Below are positions 1-7,030 of a DNA stretch of 32,000 nt, one piece after another; the first letter of the stretch is position 1, and each line of letters opens with the position of its first letter. The notes below the pieces were generated by a model. It worked only from the letters and a program-made list of their open reading frames with translations, did no database searches and was not told the DNA's origin. The stretch comes from Candidatus Saccharimonadota bacterium (GTDB lineage Bacteria > Patescibacteriota > Saccharimonadia > Saccharimonadales > Saccharimonadaceae), in contig MKSO01000001.1 of NCBI GenBank assembly GCA_001897305.1, positions 570,001 to 602,000 of the forward strand, given 5' to 3'. Made by a program: the position numbers and the translations under genes.

Positions 1-908
1 CCGGTGTAAATACTGAGAAATGGACAGGCGGCGTGCCAGTGAAGTGTAAGTTCGATGGCCTCGTTTCGATGGAATTATTCAACAAAGCCAATCGAGGCAA
101 AGTAACGCTCCGTAACAATCCTGACGATATGGATCACCCAATCGTTGAATACGCTAAGAAAGATGAGCGGTTTGTTAAGAAGAATCACCAGAACCCCGAC
201 TACCCATACAAAAAAGTAGTCACCTGTCCACATTGTCGCAGACCGCTTCTTGGAAGTGCCTCACGGGGCAGACTAGGTAAATACTACGCGGCTTATCACT
301 GTAGCAATCACGGGCACCACTTCCGCGTACGCAAGGATGAGTTTGAGGGTACAATCGATACGTTCATAAAAACGGTCACAATGCGTCCTGAGCGCGTTGA
401 GGAGCTGATGCAAGCCGTTATGACCGTCTATGAGCAACGGCAAGGTCAGAAAGTGAAAGCCGAGGAACTAGTTGATAAACGACGCTCCGAGCTTGAAGCG
501 GAAATCAAAGTCATCGTAGACAAGATGAAGCTGATCAGCTCGGAAACCGCCATTAAATACCTAGAGGAGGACTTATTAAAGCTAGAACGAGAGATTAGCA
601 ATCTAGACAACCAGAAACAGCAAGAAGCAGCCAAAGATACGGTCGATGTTCCAACGATGTTGACATACGTCAAATACTTTATGGAACACATCAAAGAGCT
701 ACTCGTTGACCACTGTAATCCAATCAAAAAAGCGCAGTATTTCGGCGTATTATTCGATGAGGTTGCAACTTACGAGGAAATAAAAGCTGGCACCGCTGAA
801 ATAGAAAAAATCCCAGGGGTGAACGAGCTATTTAAGCTTGCAAACTCCAAGGAAGTTTCATTGGTGCGGATAAGAGGACTTGAACCTCCACGCCCTTGCG
901 GGCACTAG
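1..908 (+). mobile_element. Possible end of an integrative element (recombinase gene running into the tRNA-Leu 3' end); the rest would lie left of the window
   Basis: The recombinase gene points toward, and overlaps, the 3' end of a tRNA gene, a classic integration-site geometry. No second att copy or cargo is visible in the window. Confidence 0.3.
3..908 (+). CDS. Large serine recombinase/integrase, C-terminal part (5' end outside the window)
   Basis: The frame has no stop from the window edge (codons at 3-32), so the ORF-track start at 33 is not the true start. It contains CPHCRRPL...YYAAYHCSNHGHHF, a Cys/His zinc beta-ribbon typical of large serine recombinases. This is followed by a long E/K/L-rich heptad-like stretch (ELVDKRRSELEAEIKVIVDKMKL...LEEDLLKLEREISNLDNQ) like the coiled-coil insert of that family. 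The last 47 nt (862-908) are antisense to tRNA-Leu(CAG). Confidence 0.8.
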   Translation, partial: GVNTEKWTGGVPVKCKFDGLVSMELFNKANRGKVTLRNNPDDMDHPIVEYAKKDERFVKKNHQNPDYPYKKVVTCPHCRRPLLGSASRGRLGKYYAAYHCSNHGHHFRVRKDEFEGTIDTFIKTVTMRPERVEELMQAVMTVYEQRQGQKVKAEELVDKRRSELEAEIKVIVDKMKLISSETAIKYLEEDLLKLEREISNLDNQKQQEAAKDTVDVPTMLTYVKYFMEHIKELLVDHCNPIKKAQYFGVLFDEVATYEEIKAGTAEIEKIPGVNELFKLANSKEVSLVRIRGLEPPRPCGH

Positions 909-948
909 CACCTGAAGCTAGCGCGTCTACCAATTCCGCCACATCCGC
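862..948 (-). tRNA. tRNA-Leu (anticodon CAG), type II, CCA encoded
   Basis: The reverse complement folds by hand as: GCGGATG TG GCG GAATTGGTAGA CGC G CTAGC TTCAGGT GCTAG TGCCCGCAAGGGCGT GGAGG TTCAAGT CCTCT TATCCGC A CCA. It has a 7-bp acceptor stem, a long variable arm (GCCC/GGGC stem) and a GGTTCAAGTCC T-arm; total 87 nt. Confidence 0.93.
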
Positions 949-1057
949 ATATATTGCACTACGCGCGGCGCGTCTACACATAACTCACGCCCACGCAGCC
1001 GCCTATTACACTACGCGTGGCGCGTCTACGATTGTTACGTAATCCGCCACATCCGCA
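949..1057 (-). repeat. Two tandem 54-nt units, each beginning with a copy of the tRNA-Leu 5' acceptor/D-arm sequence (tRNA 5'-half mimics)
   Basis: Read on the minus strand, unit 1 (1056->1003) is GCGGATGTGGCGGA TTACGTAACAATC GTAGACGCGCC ACGCGTAGTG TAATAG. Unit 2 (1002->949) is GCGGCTGCGTGGGCGTGA GTTATGT GTAGACGCGCC GCGCGTAGTG CAATATAT. The genuine tRNA then starts GCGGATGTGGCGGAATTGGTAGACGCGC. The G1-equivalent positions 1056, 1002 and 948 are exactly 54 nt apart. Neither unit has a T-arm or an anticodon arm. Confidence 0.85.
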
Positions 1058-1076
1058 TACTTAATAATGCTGGGTT

Positions 1077-1085
1077 ATTATAGCA
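1077..1085 (-). promoter_or_regulatory. Extended -10 promoter (TGCTATAAT) for the tRNA-Leu(CAG) transcription unit
   Basis: The minus strand reads GTGCTATAATAACCCAGCATTATTAAGTA immediately before the first mimic unit. The same 9-mer recurs upstream of the tRNA-Leu(UAG), tyrS and rplS units. It overlaps the stop codon of the oxidase gene. Confidence 0.5.
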
Positions 1086-2679
1086 CACTTGCACTGTCGT
1101 AGTCGTGGCGTAGTGCGGCTACGAGCGTGCGAAGTTCAGCTTTTTGCTTTACGCCCGGGTTGAGTGTGTTAAATGGGTCAAAGATTTGACGAATTTGCTC
1201 ATATAAGGCGGCGCGAGGCTCATCTAATAAGCTCCACGCAGCTGTAGATTTTAAACGCCCCTCAGCACCATCAGAGGTAAATGCACCCGAGCAGCGATCA
1301 ACTACTACAGCAAAGTCAGCCATGAGCTTAAATAATTTTTGCTTATCACTTACCGTTTCTAGCTTAAGAAGTGGGTAGACCGCATAGGTATTGTTCAATA
1401 CATTCAATTCTGTTGGTAATTCGATGTGATGCTTCGCACTTAATTCACCAAGCGCAATTTCGAATTCTTCACGGCGATTAATAGGAACCGAAGCGCCGTC
1501 AATAACTGGCAAGGCAAGTTGCTCATCATTAGAACCAAGCAGTAAGGTTTTATTAATACCAGTGATGACTCGGAAATCCTCAGGGTCGCGCTCGGTTGAA
1601 TCTACTATACCCATGTCAATTTTTTGCAAAAGCTTGCGCAGCTTCTTAAGCTTATGTTGTTGGGCACGGTCATTAATATCGCCAAAACGAATATAGACAA
1701 CTGCACCTACTTCATCGATAGAACCTAGAACAGCGAATTGCGAACCTTGTTTAGCAGCTCGCCTAAAAAGCGCGCCATCATATACTGTTAGCTCGGACGG
1801 TTCAAGCTCAATAAGACGCTCGGTAAGATCACGGGCGGTTTGAATACTATCAGCCGTTACGACAGCAAACGTATCGCTCGATGAGTAGAAATCCGTTTTT
1901 AATACTGCTTCCGAAATGATACCGAGAGTTCCTTGGCTACCTATAAATAAAGGTGTCAAGTCAAACGAGCCATCACTATTACGAATGTCGGCAATACGCT
2001 GATAGCCAGTATTATCGCGCACCTCCTCTTTAGAGATGTCTTCGATTAATTCAGCATTGTCTTCTAGCAGGCCTTCAAGCTTGCGATAGATTTCACCTTC
2101 AAAGGTTTGCAAACCAAGCTTCTTGTTAACATCGCGTCGGCTTACCTTACCCGTTTCTATGACATCACCGTTTGCCAAGACAACCTCAAGACGTTCAATA
2201 CTACTTGCGATAGAACCGTTCACCCCACAGCTAGCACTAGAAATAGCGCCTCCAACTGTTAAAGTTTTAAGATCACGCGAAAAAGCGCCCGTTAACGTAA
2301 GACCTTGCCAACGTAACACTTCATTTATAGTATCGAGGCTCGCCCCGGCCTGTACATGTACTAATTTGTCTTTATCGGCAACTTGAATAATTTTATTAAG
2401 CTGGACAGATGTATCAATCACTATACCCTTGCCGATAGCCGCACCGGTTACATCACCACCAAAGCCACGCGCGGTCATACCCACTACATGCCCTTTTTCG
2501 GCGAGTTGCCACGTAAAACGAGCAATCTTACGTACATCGTTAGTAATACGAGGAAAGGCAACAATTTCAGGAGTAAGCGTAAGAACACTGCCGTCAGTTG
2601 CGTATTTTTTGCGCACTGATTTAGCACTACTTACTTCACCTAATAAGTGTTCGTTCAAATACGATGCAATTTTATTCAT
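1078..2679 (-). CDS. FAD-binding oxidoreductase (GlcD / D-lactate dehydrogenase-like, FAD-linked oxidase family)
   Basis: 533-aa ORF with an N-terminal PCMH-type FAD-binding pattern (ARGFGGDVTGAAIGKGIVIDTS, GGAISSASCGVNGS, FIGSQGTLGIISEAVLK) and a C-terminal FAD-oxidase-like domain. The substrate cannot be inferred. Confidence 0.75.
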   Translation of the reverse strand: MNKIASYLNEHLLGEVSSAKSVRKKYATDGSVLTLTPEIVAFPRITNDVRKIARFTWQLAEKGHVVGMTARGFGGDVTGAAIGKGIVIDTSVQLNKIIQVADKDKLVHVQAGASLDTINEVLRWQGLTLTGAFSRDLKTLTVGGAISSASCGVNGSIASSIERLEVVLANGDVIETGKVSRRDVNKKLGLQTFEGEIYRKLEGLLEDNAELIEDISKEEVRDNTGYQRIADIRNSDGSFDLTPLFIGSQGTLGIISEAVLKTDFYSSSDTFAVVTADSIQTARDLTERLIELEPSELTVYDGALFRRAAKQGSQFAVLGSIDEVGAVVYIRFGDINDRAQQHKLKKLRKLLQKIDMGIVDSTERDPEDFRVITGINKTLLLGSNDEQLALPVIDGASVPINRREEFEIALGELSAKHHIELPTELNVLNNTYAVYPLLKLETVSDKQKLFKLMADFAVVVDRCSGAFTSDGAEGRLKSTAAWSLLDEPRAALYEQIRQIFDPFNTLNPGVKQKAELRTLVAALRHDYDSASVL

Positions 2680-2708
2680 CTTCCCCTGTCCTCATTGGTA
2701 CTGGTTCT

Positions 2709-2717
2709 ATGATAGCA
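2709..2717 (-). promoter_or_regulatory. Extended -10-like promoter (TGCTATCAT) for the FAD oxidoreductase gene
   Basis: The minus strand reads TGCTATCAT, followed by a 29-nt leader containing the purine-rich GAGGACAGGGGAAG just before the ATG at 2679. Confidence 0.4.
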
Positions 2718-2782
2718 CATTAGAAAGCCTGCTTACGCTTAAAATATACAGCTATTTACACCTTTTAAAATATACTAATTCT

Positions 2783-2791
2783 TGCTATAAT
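2783..2791 (+). promoter_or_regulatory. Extended -10 promoter (TGCTATAAT) for the tRNA-Leu(UAG) transcription unit
   Basis: Exact TGCTATAAT lies 31 nt upstream of the mimic unit that precedes the tRNA. Confidence 0.5.
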
Positions 2792-2822
2792 CTCACGAGT
2801 ACCAACTACATATATAATTTAT

Positions 2823-2878
2823 GCGGATGTGGTGGATTACGTATTATGCGTAGACACGCCGCGTGGTACATCCAACGT
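2823..2878 (+). repeat. Single 56-nt tRNA 5'-half mimic unit upstream of tRNA-Leu(UAG), homologous to the units at 949-1057
   Basis: The unit reads GCGGATGTGGTGGA TTACGTATTATGC GTAGACACGCC GCGTGGTACATCCAACGT and is followed directly by the genuine tRNA, GCGGATGTGGTGGAATTGGTAGACACGC. It shares the TTACGTA insertion and the GTAGAC.CGCC block with unit 1 of the other locus, in inverted orientation 1.8 kb away. Confidence 0.85.
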
Positions 2879-2963
2879 GCGGATGTGGTGGAATTGGTAG
2901 ACACGCATGCCTTAGGAGCATGTGCCGAGAGGCGTGAAGGTTCAAGTCCTTTCATCCGCACCA
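2879..2963 (+). tRNA. tRNA-Leu (anticodon TAG), type II, CCA encoded
   Basis: Hand fold: GCGGATG TG GTG GAATTGGTAGA CAC G CATGC CTTAGGA GCATG TGCCGAGAGGCGT GAAGG TTCAAGT CCTTT CATCCGC A CCA; 85 nt. Confidence 0.93.
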
Positions 2964-2973
2964 ACATAGAATC

Positions 2974-3004
2974 AAAAACGACCCAATTGAGGTCGTTTTA
3001 TTTT
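2974..3004 (+). terminator. Rho-independent terminator after tRNA-Leu(UAG)
   Basis: AAAACGACC (2975-2983) pairs with GGTCGTTTT (2991-2999) around the loop CAATTGA, followed by TTTTATTTT. Confidence 0.75.
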
Positions 3005-3023
3005 GCGGTGTTTTATTTGAGTT

Positions 3024-3057
3024 AAAACAGAAAAGAAGGACGCCTAAGCATCCTTCT
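3024..3057 (-). terminator. Rho-independent terminator at the end of the tyrS-to-rsmD operon
   Basis: The minus-strand RNA is AGAAGGA-UGCUUAGGCG-UCCUUCU followed by UUUCUGUUUU. The hairpin overlaps the rsmD stop codon. Confidence 0.6.
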
Positions 3058-3586
3058 TTCGGAAAAAGATCAGCACCGCGTCTCCGTAACTACGATTGTC
3101 CACCACAACAACTCCTAATTCGGTGGGAACCTCACCTCTTCCTGAATACGATAATACCATAAGCCCATTGGGTTTCAATAGTTTTGTGAGTTTCATCACT
3201 GTGGATAACTGCGCATCGTGATAAGGAGGGTCTGCAAAGATGATATCAAATAGTTGATCACTGGTGGCTTGCCAGCTTGCTACTGGGGCTTTTACAAGCC
3301 GTGCCCGTCCAGATACCCCAAGAGACATAATATTCTTGGCAATAATGGTCTGCGCTACTCTATCACGCTCAATAAATGTCGCCGACTCGGCACCGCGGCT
3401 TAAAGCCTCAAACCCAAGCGCCCCACTGCCTGCAAAAGCATCGAGTACGGTAGCGCCTTGTATTTCAGTGCCGATAATATTAAACAGTGAACCCCGAATA
3501 CGTTCACCCATAGGGTGGGTACGGTTTGTCCCCGAACCTTCAATGCTCCGGCCGCCAAATTGGCCGGCTATAATACGCATATTCAT
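3044..3586 (-). CDS. rsmD: 16S rRNA (guanine966-N2)-methyltransferase RsmD
   Basis: 180 aa with the SAM-binding motif LDAFAGSGALGFEALSRGA and the catalytic FADPPY motif; size and motif order are typical of RsmD. Its start shares one nucleotide with the upstream stop (TAATG). Confidence 0.88.
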   Translation of the reverse strand: MNMRIIAGQFGGRSIEGSGTNRTHPMGERIRGSLFNIIGTEIQGATVLDAFAGSGALGFEALSRGAESATFIERDRVAQTIIAKNIMSLGVSGRARLVKAPVASWQATSDQLFDIIFADPPYHDAQLSTVMKLTKLLKPNGLMVLSYSGRGEVPTELGVVVVDNRSYGDAVLIFFRKKDA

Positions 3587-4392
3587 TAATCGACTAGTCC
3601 TTTACTGGCTGCATACCACGCCAAGCAGACATTCCGCATTAAAAGCGGTGCTAACTTTTTACGCGTCACACGGCCCAAGTATGCCGACCAACCAGTTTTA
3701 ACGAACTCCTGGTAGGTGTTAAGCTTGTCGACCGCTTTGACCGATTCTAGAAAATACGGAATATAGCCTTCCTTTTCAATTCGTGCAATATCCTTTTGGT
3801 GCAAGCCGATATCCTTAAACTGGCCGACGGCAATAGATGATGCGACCCCCCACTCGTATAAAAAGTGAGCAGTAAAAATGCCCTTTGTCCCCCAATATTG
3901 CCAGTTCTTCAATGCCATATCGCGGACGCCATTGCCTTTAATGATAATCTTGTCGCGACGACTTGAGCGTTCGTGGTGCGCCTTACCCCATAATTCTTCG
4001 ATCTTTTCAGCAAGCGGAAAATGGTGCGCTGGCGTCAAGCCATCAACAATAGCATGGGATAACCAGGCCGCTTCAAAGCCCGCACGAATTTCATCTTTCT
4101 TCTGGATAGCCTGCGCCAAATTATATAAATGATCTTTAATTAGCCCTATGAGCGGGTCATCCGCACCGGCTTCAGGAGAAATAAAGTGCCACGGCTCGTC
4201 AATCGATGGGCTTTTACTCTTAATTCCATCTGGCCCATTCTTGCCCTCAAAGTGAAGGATAGTCTTAATTGACGGGAAAAAAGCATGGGTACCAATAGTA
4301 CGAATTAGGTGTCGTTTAGCAACCCTATCAATGCGCTGATGGGCACCGGCAATATTACCTGAATGATGGCGAAAGGTTGTTCCTGAGTACAT
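3586..4392 (-). CDS. Hypothetical His-rich protein, possibly of the zinc-dependent phospholipase C / P1-nuclease-like superfamily
   Basis: 268-aa ORF tightly packed between recG (6-nt gap) and rsmD (1-nt overlap). His/Asp clusters (GAHQRIDRVA, PWHFISP, AWLSHAIVDGLTPAHH, KAHHER) resemble metal-ligand motifs of PLC/P1-nuclease-like folds. No signal peptide is seen. The family call is weak. Confidence 0.35.
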   Translation of the reverse strand: MYSGTTFRHHSGNIAGAHQRIDRVAKRHLIRTIGTHAFFPSIKTILHFEGKNGPDGIKSKSPSIDEPWHFISPEAGADDPLIGLIKDHLYNLAQAIQKKDEIRAGFEAAWLSHAIVDGLTPAHHFPLAEKIEELWGKAHHERSSRRDKIIIKGNGVRDMALKNWQYWGTKGIFTAHFLYEWGVASSIAVGQFKDIGLHQKDIARIEKEGYIPYFLESVKAVDKLNTYQEFVKTGWSAYLGRVTRKKLAPLLMRNVCLAWYAASKGLVD

Positions 4393-4398
4393 ATAGGT

Positions 4399-6429
4399 TT
4401 AATTTAACGTCGTCAAGCGTTGGTAGTGCTCTACCTGACGAGCTAACTGTGTATAGTGTACCAGAGTATCGCCACTTTGGGCGAACCACTGGGCGGCTTT
4501 TTGTGCCCTGGCGATGAGTTTCGTATCACCAAGCGTTGCTACCTGCAAATTAAGCGCACCATGTTGGGCTCGGCCATAAATCTCACCCGGTCCACGCAGC
4601 TGCAAGTCCACTTCAGCTAAGTAAAAGCCATCATTACTTTTTTCAATCTCACGCAGGCGCTGTGAAGGTTTTTTCGAATCACTCGGTACTAGGTAGCAAT
4701 AGCTTTGGTACTCGCTTCGCCCGACGCGGCCTCGTAACTGGTGAAGTTGCGCCAAACCAAATCGATCGGCATCTTCAATAATCATCACAGTAGCATTCGG
4801 TACATCAACACCCACTTCAACAACAGTTGTACTGACGAGGATATCAATAGCACCAGAAGCAAATTGTTGCATAACCGCTTCTTTTTCAGCCGGGCTAAGA
4901 CGACCGTGCAATAACCCTATTTGTCGATGCTTAAAGACTGAATTTTTCAATCGTTTGTATTCTACCTCAACGCTTTTCAGGTCGTTTGTTGGGTTATTGT
5001 CGATTAAGTTACAAATAACATAGGCTTGGCGGCCCTGCTGGATTTCGTCATCAACTAGAGCATATAGTTGCGGCCGACTATTGGGTGACCATATTTTTGT
5101 CATGATTGGCTTGCGATTAGCTGGTTTTTCATTGAGTACAGAGACGTCTAGTTCACCGTACACTGTTAATGCCAGACTCCGTGGAATTGGTGTAGCGGTC
5201 ATAGACAAAAGATGCGGCATGCGAACAGACTTTTTTAATAGCTCATGCCGCTGCGCGACCCCAAAACGGTGCTGCTCATCAATAACGACAAAGCCAAGCT
5301 TATGAAACTCTACACCAGACTGAATGAGCGCATGCGTACCCACGACCACATCAACCTCACCGTCTTTAATAGCTGCGTATAAAGCTTCGCGTGCCTTTCC
5401 TTTGACACTACCCGTCAGCAAACCGACCCGTACACCAAACGGTGTCAGGAGCGCATCAAGCGTGGCAGCATGCTGGCTAGCCAAAATTTCCGTTGGCGCC
5501 ATGAGCGCCGTTTGAAACCCATCGTGAGCAGCCTGGCGCGCAGCAATGCCCGCTACGACCGTTTTACCAGAACCCACATCACCCTGAAGCAAGCGGTTCA
5601 TTGGTATAGCTTTTTGAAAATCCTGAAATATATCCCAGGCCGCGATGCGCTGAGCATTGGTAAGGGCGAACGGCAAGTTGCTGACGAATTCTTTCACCAC
5701 TGCCTGCTCAAAATGAATCATCCAGCCTTCAAGACGGGCATTCTCTTGTTTATTTAGTTGACTGGCAAGGAGCAGTTGGTACAGCTCTTCGAACGCCAGT
5801 CTTTCACGCGCCTTTTCGATTTCTTCGCGCGTTTCAGGAAAATGCATCCCTAAAATAGCTTCGCTATAACTCACAAGGTTTTCGTTTTTGATAATTTTTT
5901 CCGGCAGCGTTTCTGGCAGCATTGTCATGAGTGGGCGTAGCTCAGCCAATATTTTACGTACAAGTTGCGTTTTTAGCCCTGCAATCGCTGGGTAAATAGG
6001 CAGGATTCGATCCGTCTGTACTGGCATATCACTCACCTTTTCGGCGCTTGGGTTTGTCAGCTGGAAGCGATTGTAGCTAAATTCAAATTCGCCAGAAAAA
6101 TAATACTCATCACCGCCTTTTAATTGAGTTGCACGGTATGGTTGGTTGAACCAGACGGCTTGAATTTTACCAGTATCATCAGCTAGCGTGGCCGTTGTCA
6201 CCTTCATCCCTCTGCGTACTGGTCGCGTCTCGATCTTTTCACAGCGCGCCTTAACGGTAACTTTACCCGGCTGAATATCGGCAATCGAGGTAACGTGCGA
6301 AAAATCCTCGTATTTGCGAGGCAAAAAAGTAATAAGGTCCTCAACGGTGTGTAAATGTGCCGCCGCAAATTGCTCGGCGGTTTTTTCACCAACGCCTTTT
6401 ATCTTTTGTAATGACGTTGTTAAGTTCAT
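4399..6429 (-). CDS. recG: ATP-dependent DNA helicase RecG
   Basis: 676 aa with an N-terminal wedge/OB region and SF2 helicase motifs: GDVGSGKT (Walker A), VIDEQHRFG (DEQH box), MTATPIPR and QLHQLRGRVGR. Confidence 0.95.
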   Translation of the reverse strand: MNLTTSLQKIKGVGEKTAEQFAAAHLHTVEDLITFLPRKYEDFSHVTSIADIQPGKVTVKARCEKIETRPVRRGMKVTTATLADDTGKIQAVWFNQPYRATQLKGGDEYYFSGEFEFSYNRFQLTNPSAEKVSDMPVQTDRILPIYPAIAGLKTQLVRKILAELRPLMTMLPETLPEKIIKNENLVSYSEAILGMHFPETREEIEKARERLAFEELYQLLLASQLNKQENARLEGWMIHFEQAVVKEFVSNLPFALTNAQRIAAWDIFQDFQKAIPMNRLLQGDVGSGKTVVAGIAARQAAHDGFQTALMAPTEILASQHAATLDALLTPFGVRVGLLTGSVKGKAREALYAAIKDGEVDVVVGTHALIQSGVEFHKLGFVVIDEQHRFGVAQRHELLKKSVRMPHLLSMTATPIPRSLALTVYGELDVSVLNEKPANRKPIMTKIWSPNSRPQLYALVDDEIQQGRQAYVICNLIDNNPTNDLKSVEVEYKRLKNSVFKHRQIGLLHGRLSPAEKEAVMQQFASGAIDILVSTTVVEVGVDVPNATVMIIEDADRFGLAQLHQLRGRVGRSEYQSYCYLVPSDSKKPSQRLREIEKSNDGFYLAEVDLQLRGPGEIYGRAQHGALNLQVATLGDTKLIARAQKAAQWFAQSGDTLVHYTQLARQVEHYQRLTTLN

Positions 6430-6462
6430 ATAGCTATTTTAGCAAATAGAGTTAAGTGGTTG

Positions 6463-7026
6463 TTACGCCAGATTAGAATACCACTCGCCGAATTGCCGCC
6501 AATGTTCAAGTACTTCACCAGCCGAGGCGATACCACCATCGCTTTTTTGCTCGGCCATCGTTTTATCACCATAGAGTATTGCAACTTGCTCAATAGATTC
6601 GTCTTCACTTACAATACCACGCGCTTCATTAATAATTACACCCTTGTAAGTTGATTCAAAATGCTGAAGTTGTTCACCATCAAAATAGGCAATATGCTCA
6701 TGACAATTAATAGTTCTATCTTGCTTATCTGCCATAAGGGATGTCCAATCGCTAGGTTTAAACCAGGCTGAGACATCTTTCATATACCCGCCCGGGAAAC
6801 CGCCTAGTGCAGGTATACTCCAGCTGGTGTCTGATACCACGACCGGCTTGTTAATGACTTTATACGCAGACCGTGCTTTAGCTTTAGCAATTTCAGCCGG
6901 ATCGCGATGCTGAATTTCATCAATATCAAGTTTTATGGGTTCAACCACTATGTCGTAGTCTGACAAGGTCGCATTCGCTTCAGTTATTTTTCGCGAGTTT
7001 GTAGTTGCAAATAAAAGCATGCTCAT
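6463..7026 (-). CDS. Ham1/RdgB-family non-canonical purine NTP pyrophosphatase (divergent)
   Basis: 187 aa. The N-terminal LLFATTNSRKITEA and the central VVSDTSWSIPALGGFPGGYMK match the Ham1/ITPase pattern (ATxNxxKxxE ... DxxL...L.G.PG.Y). Confidence 0.65.
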   Translation of the reverse strand: MSMLLFATTNSRKITEANATLSDYDIVVEPIKLDIDEIQHRDPAEIAKAKARSAYKVINKPVVVSDTSWSIPALGGFPGGYMKDVSAWFKPSDWTSLMADKQDRTINCHEHIAYFDGEQLQHFESTYKGVIINEARGIVSEDESIEQVAILYGDKTMAEQKSDGGIASAGEVLEHWRQFGEWYSNLA

Positions 7027-7030
7027 GGTT

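Noticed and set aside
949-1057. Could the regularly spaced 54-nt repeats be a small CRISPR array?
   Set aside because: There are only two units plus the tRNA itself. The units derive from the adjacent tRNA 5' half, there are no unique spacers between short identical repeats, and there are no cas genes in the window.
2429-3025. 198-aa ORF on the plus strand spanning the oxidase 5' end, the intergenic promoters, the mimic unit and tRNA-Leu(UAG)
   Set aside because: It is antisense to a well-supported FAD-oxidase CDS and reads straight through a tRNA gene and a terminator. The translation is low-complexity with no motifs, so it is an ORF-track artefact.
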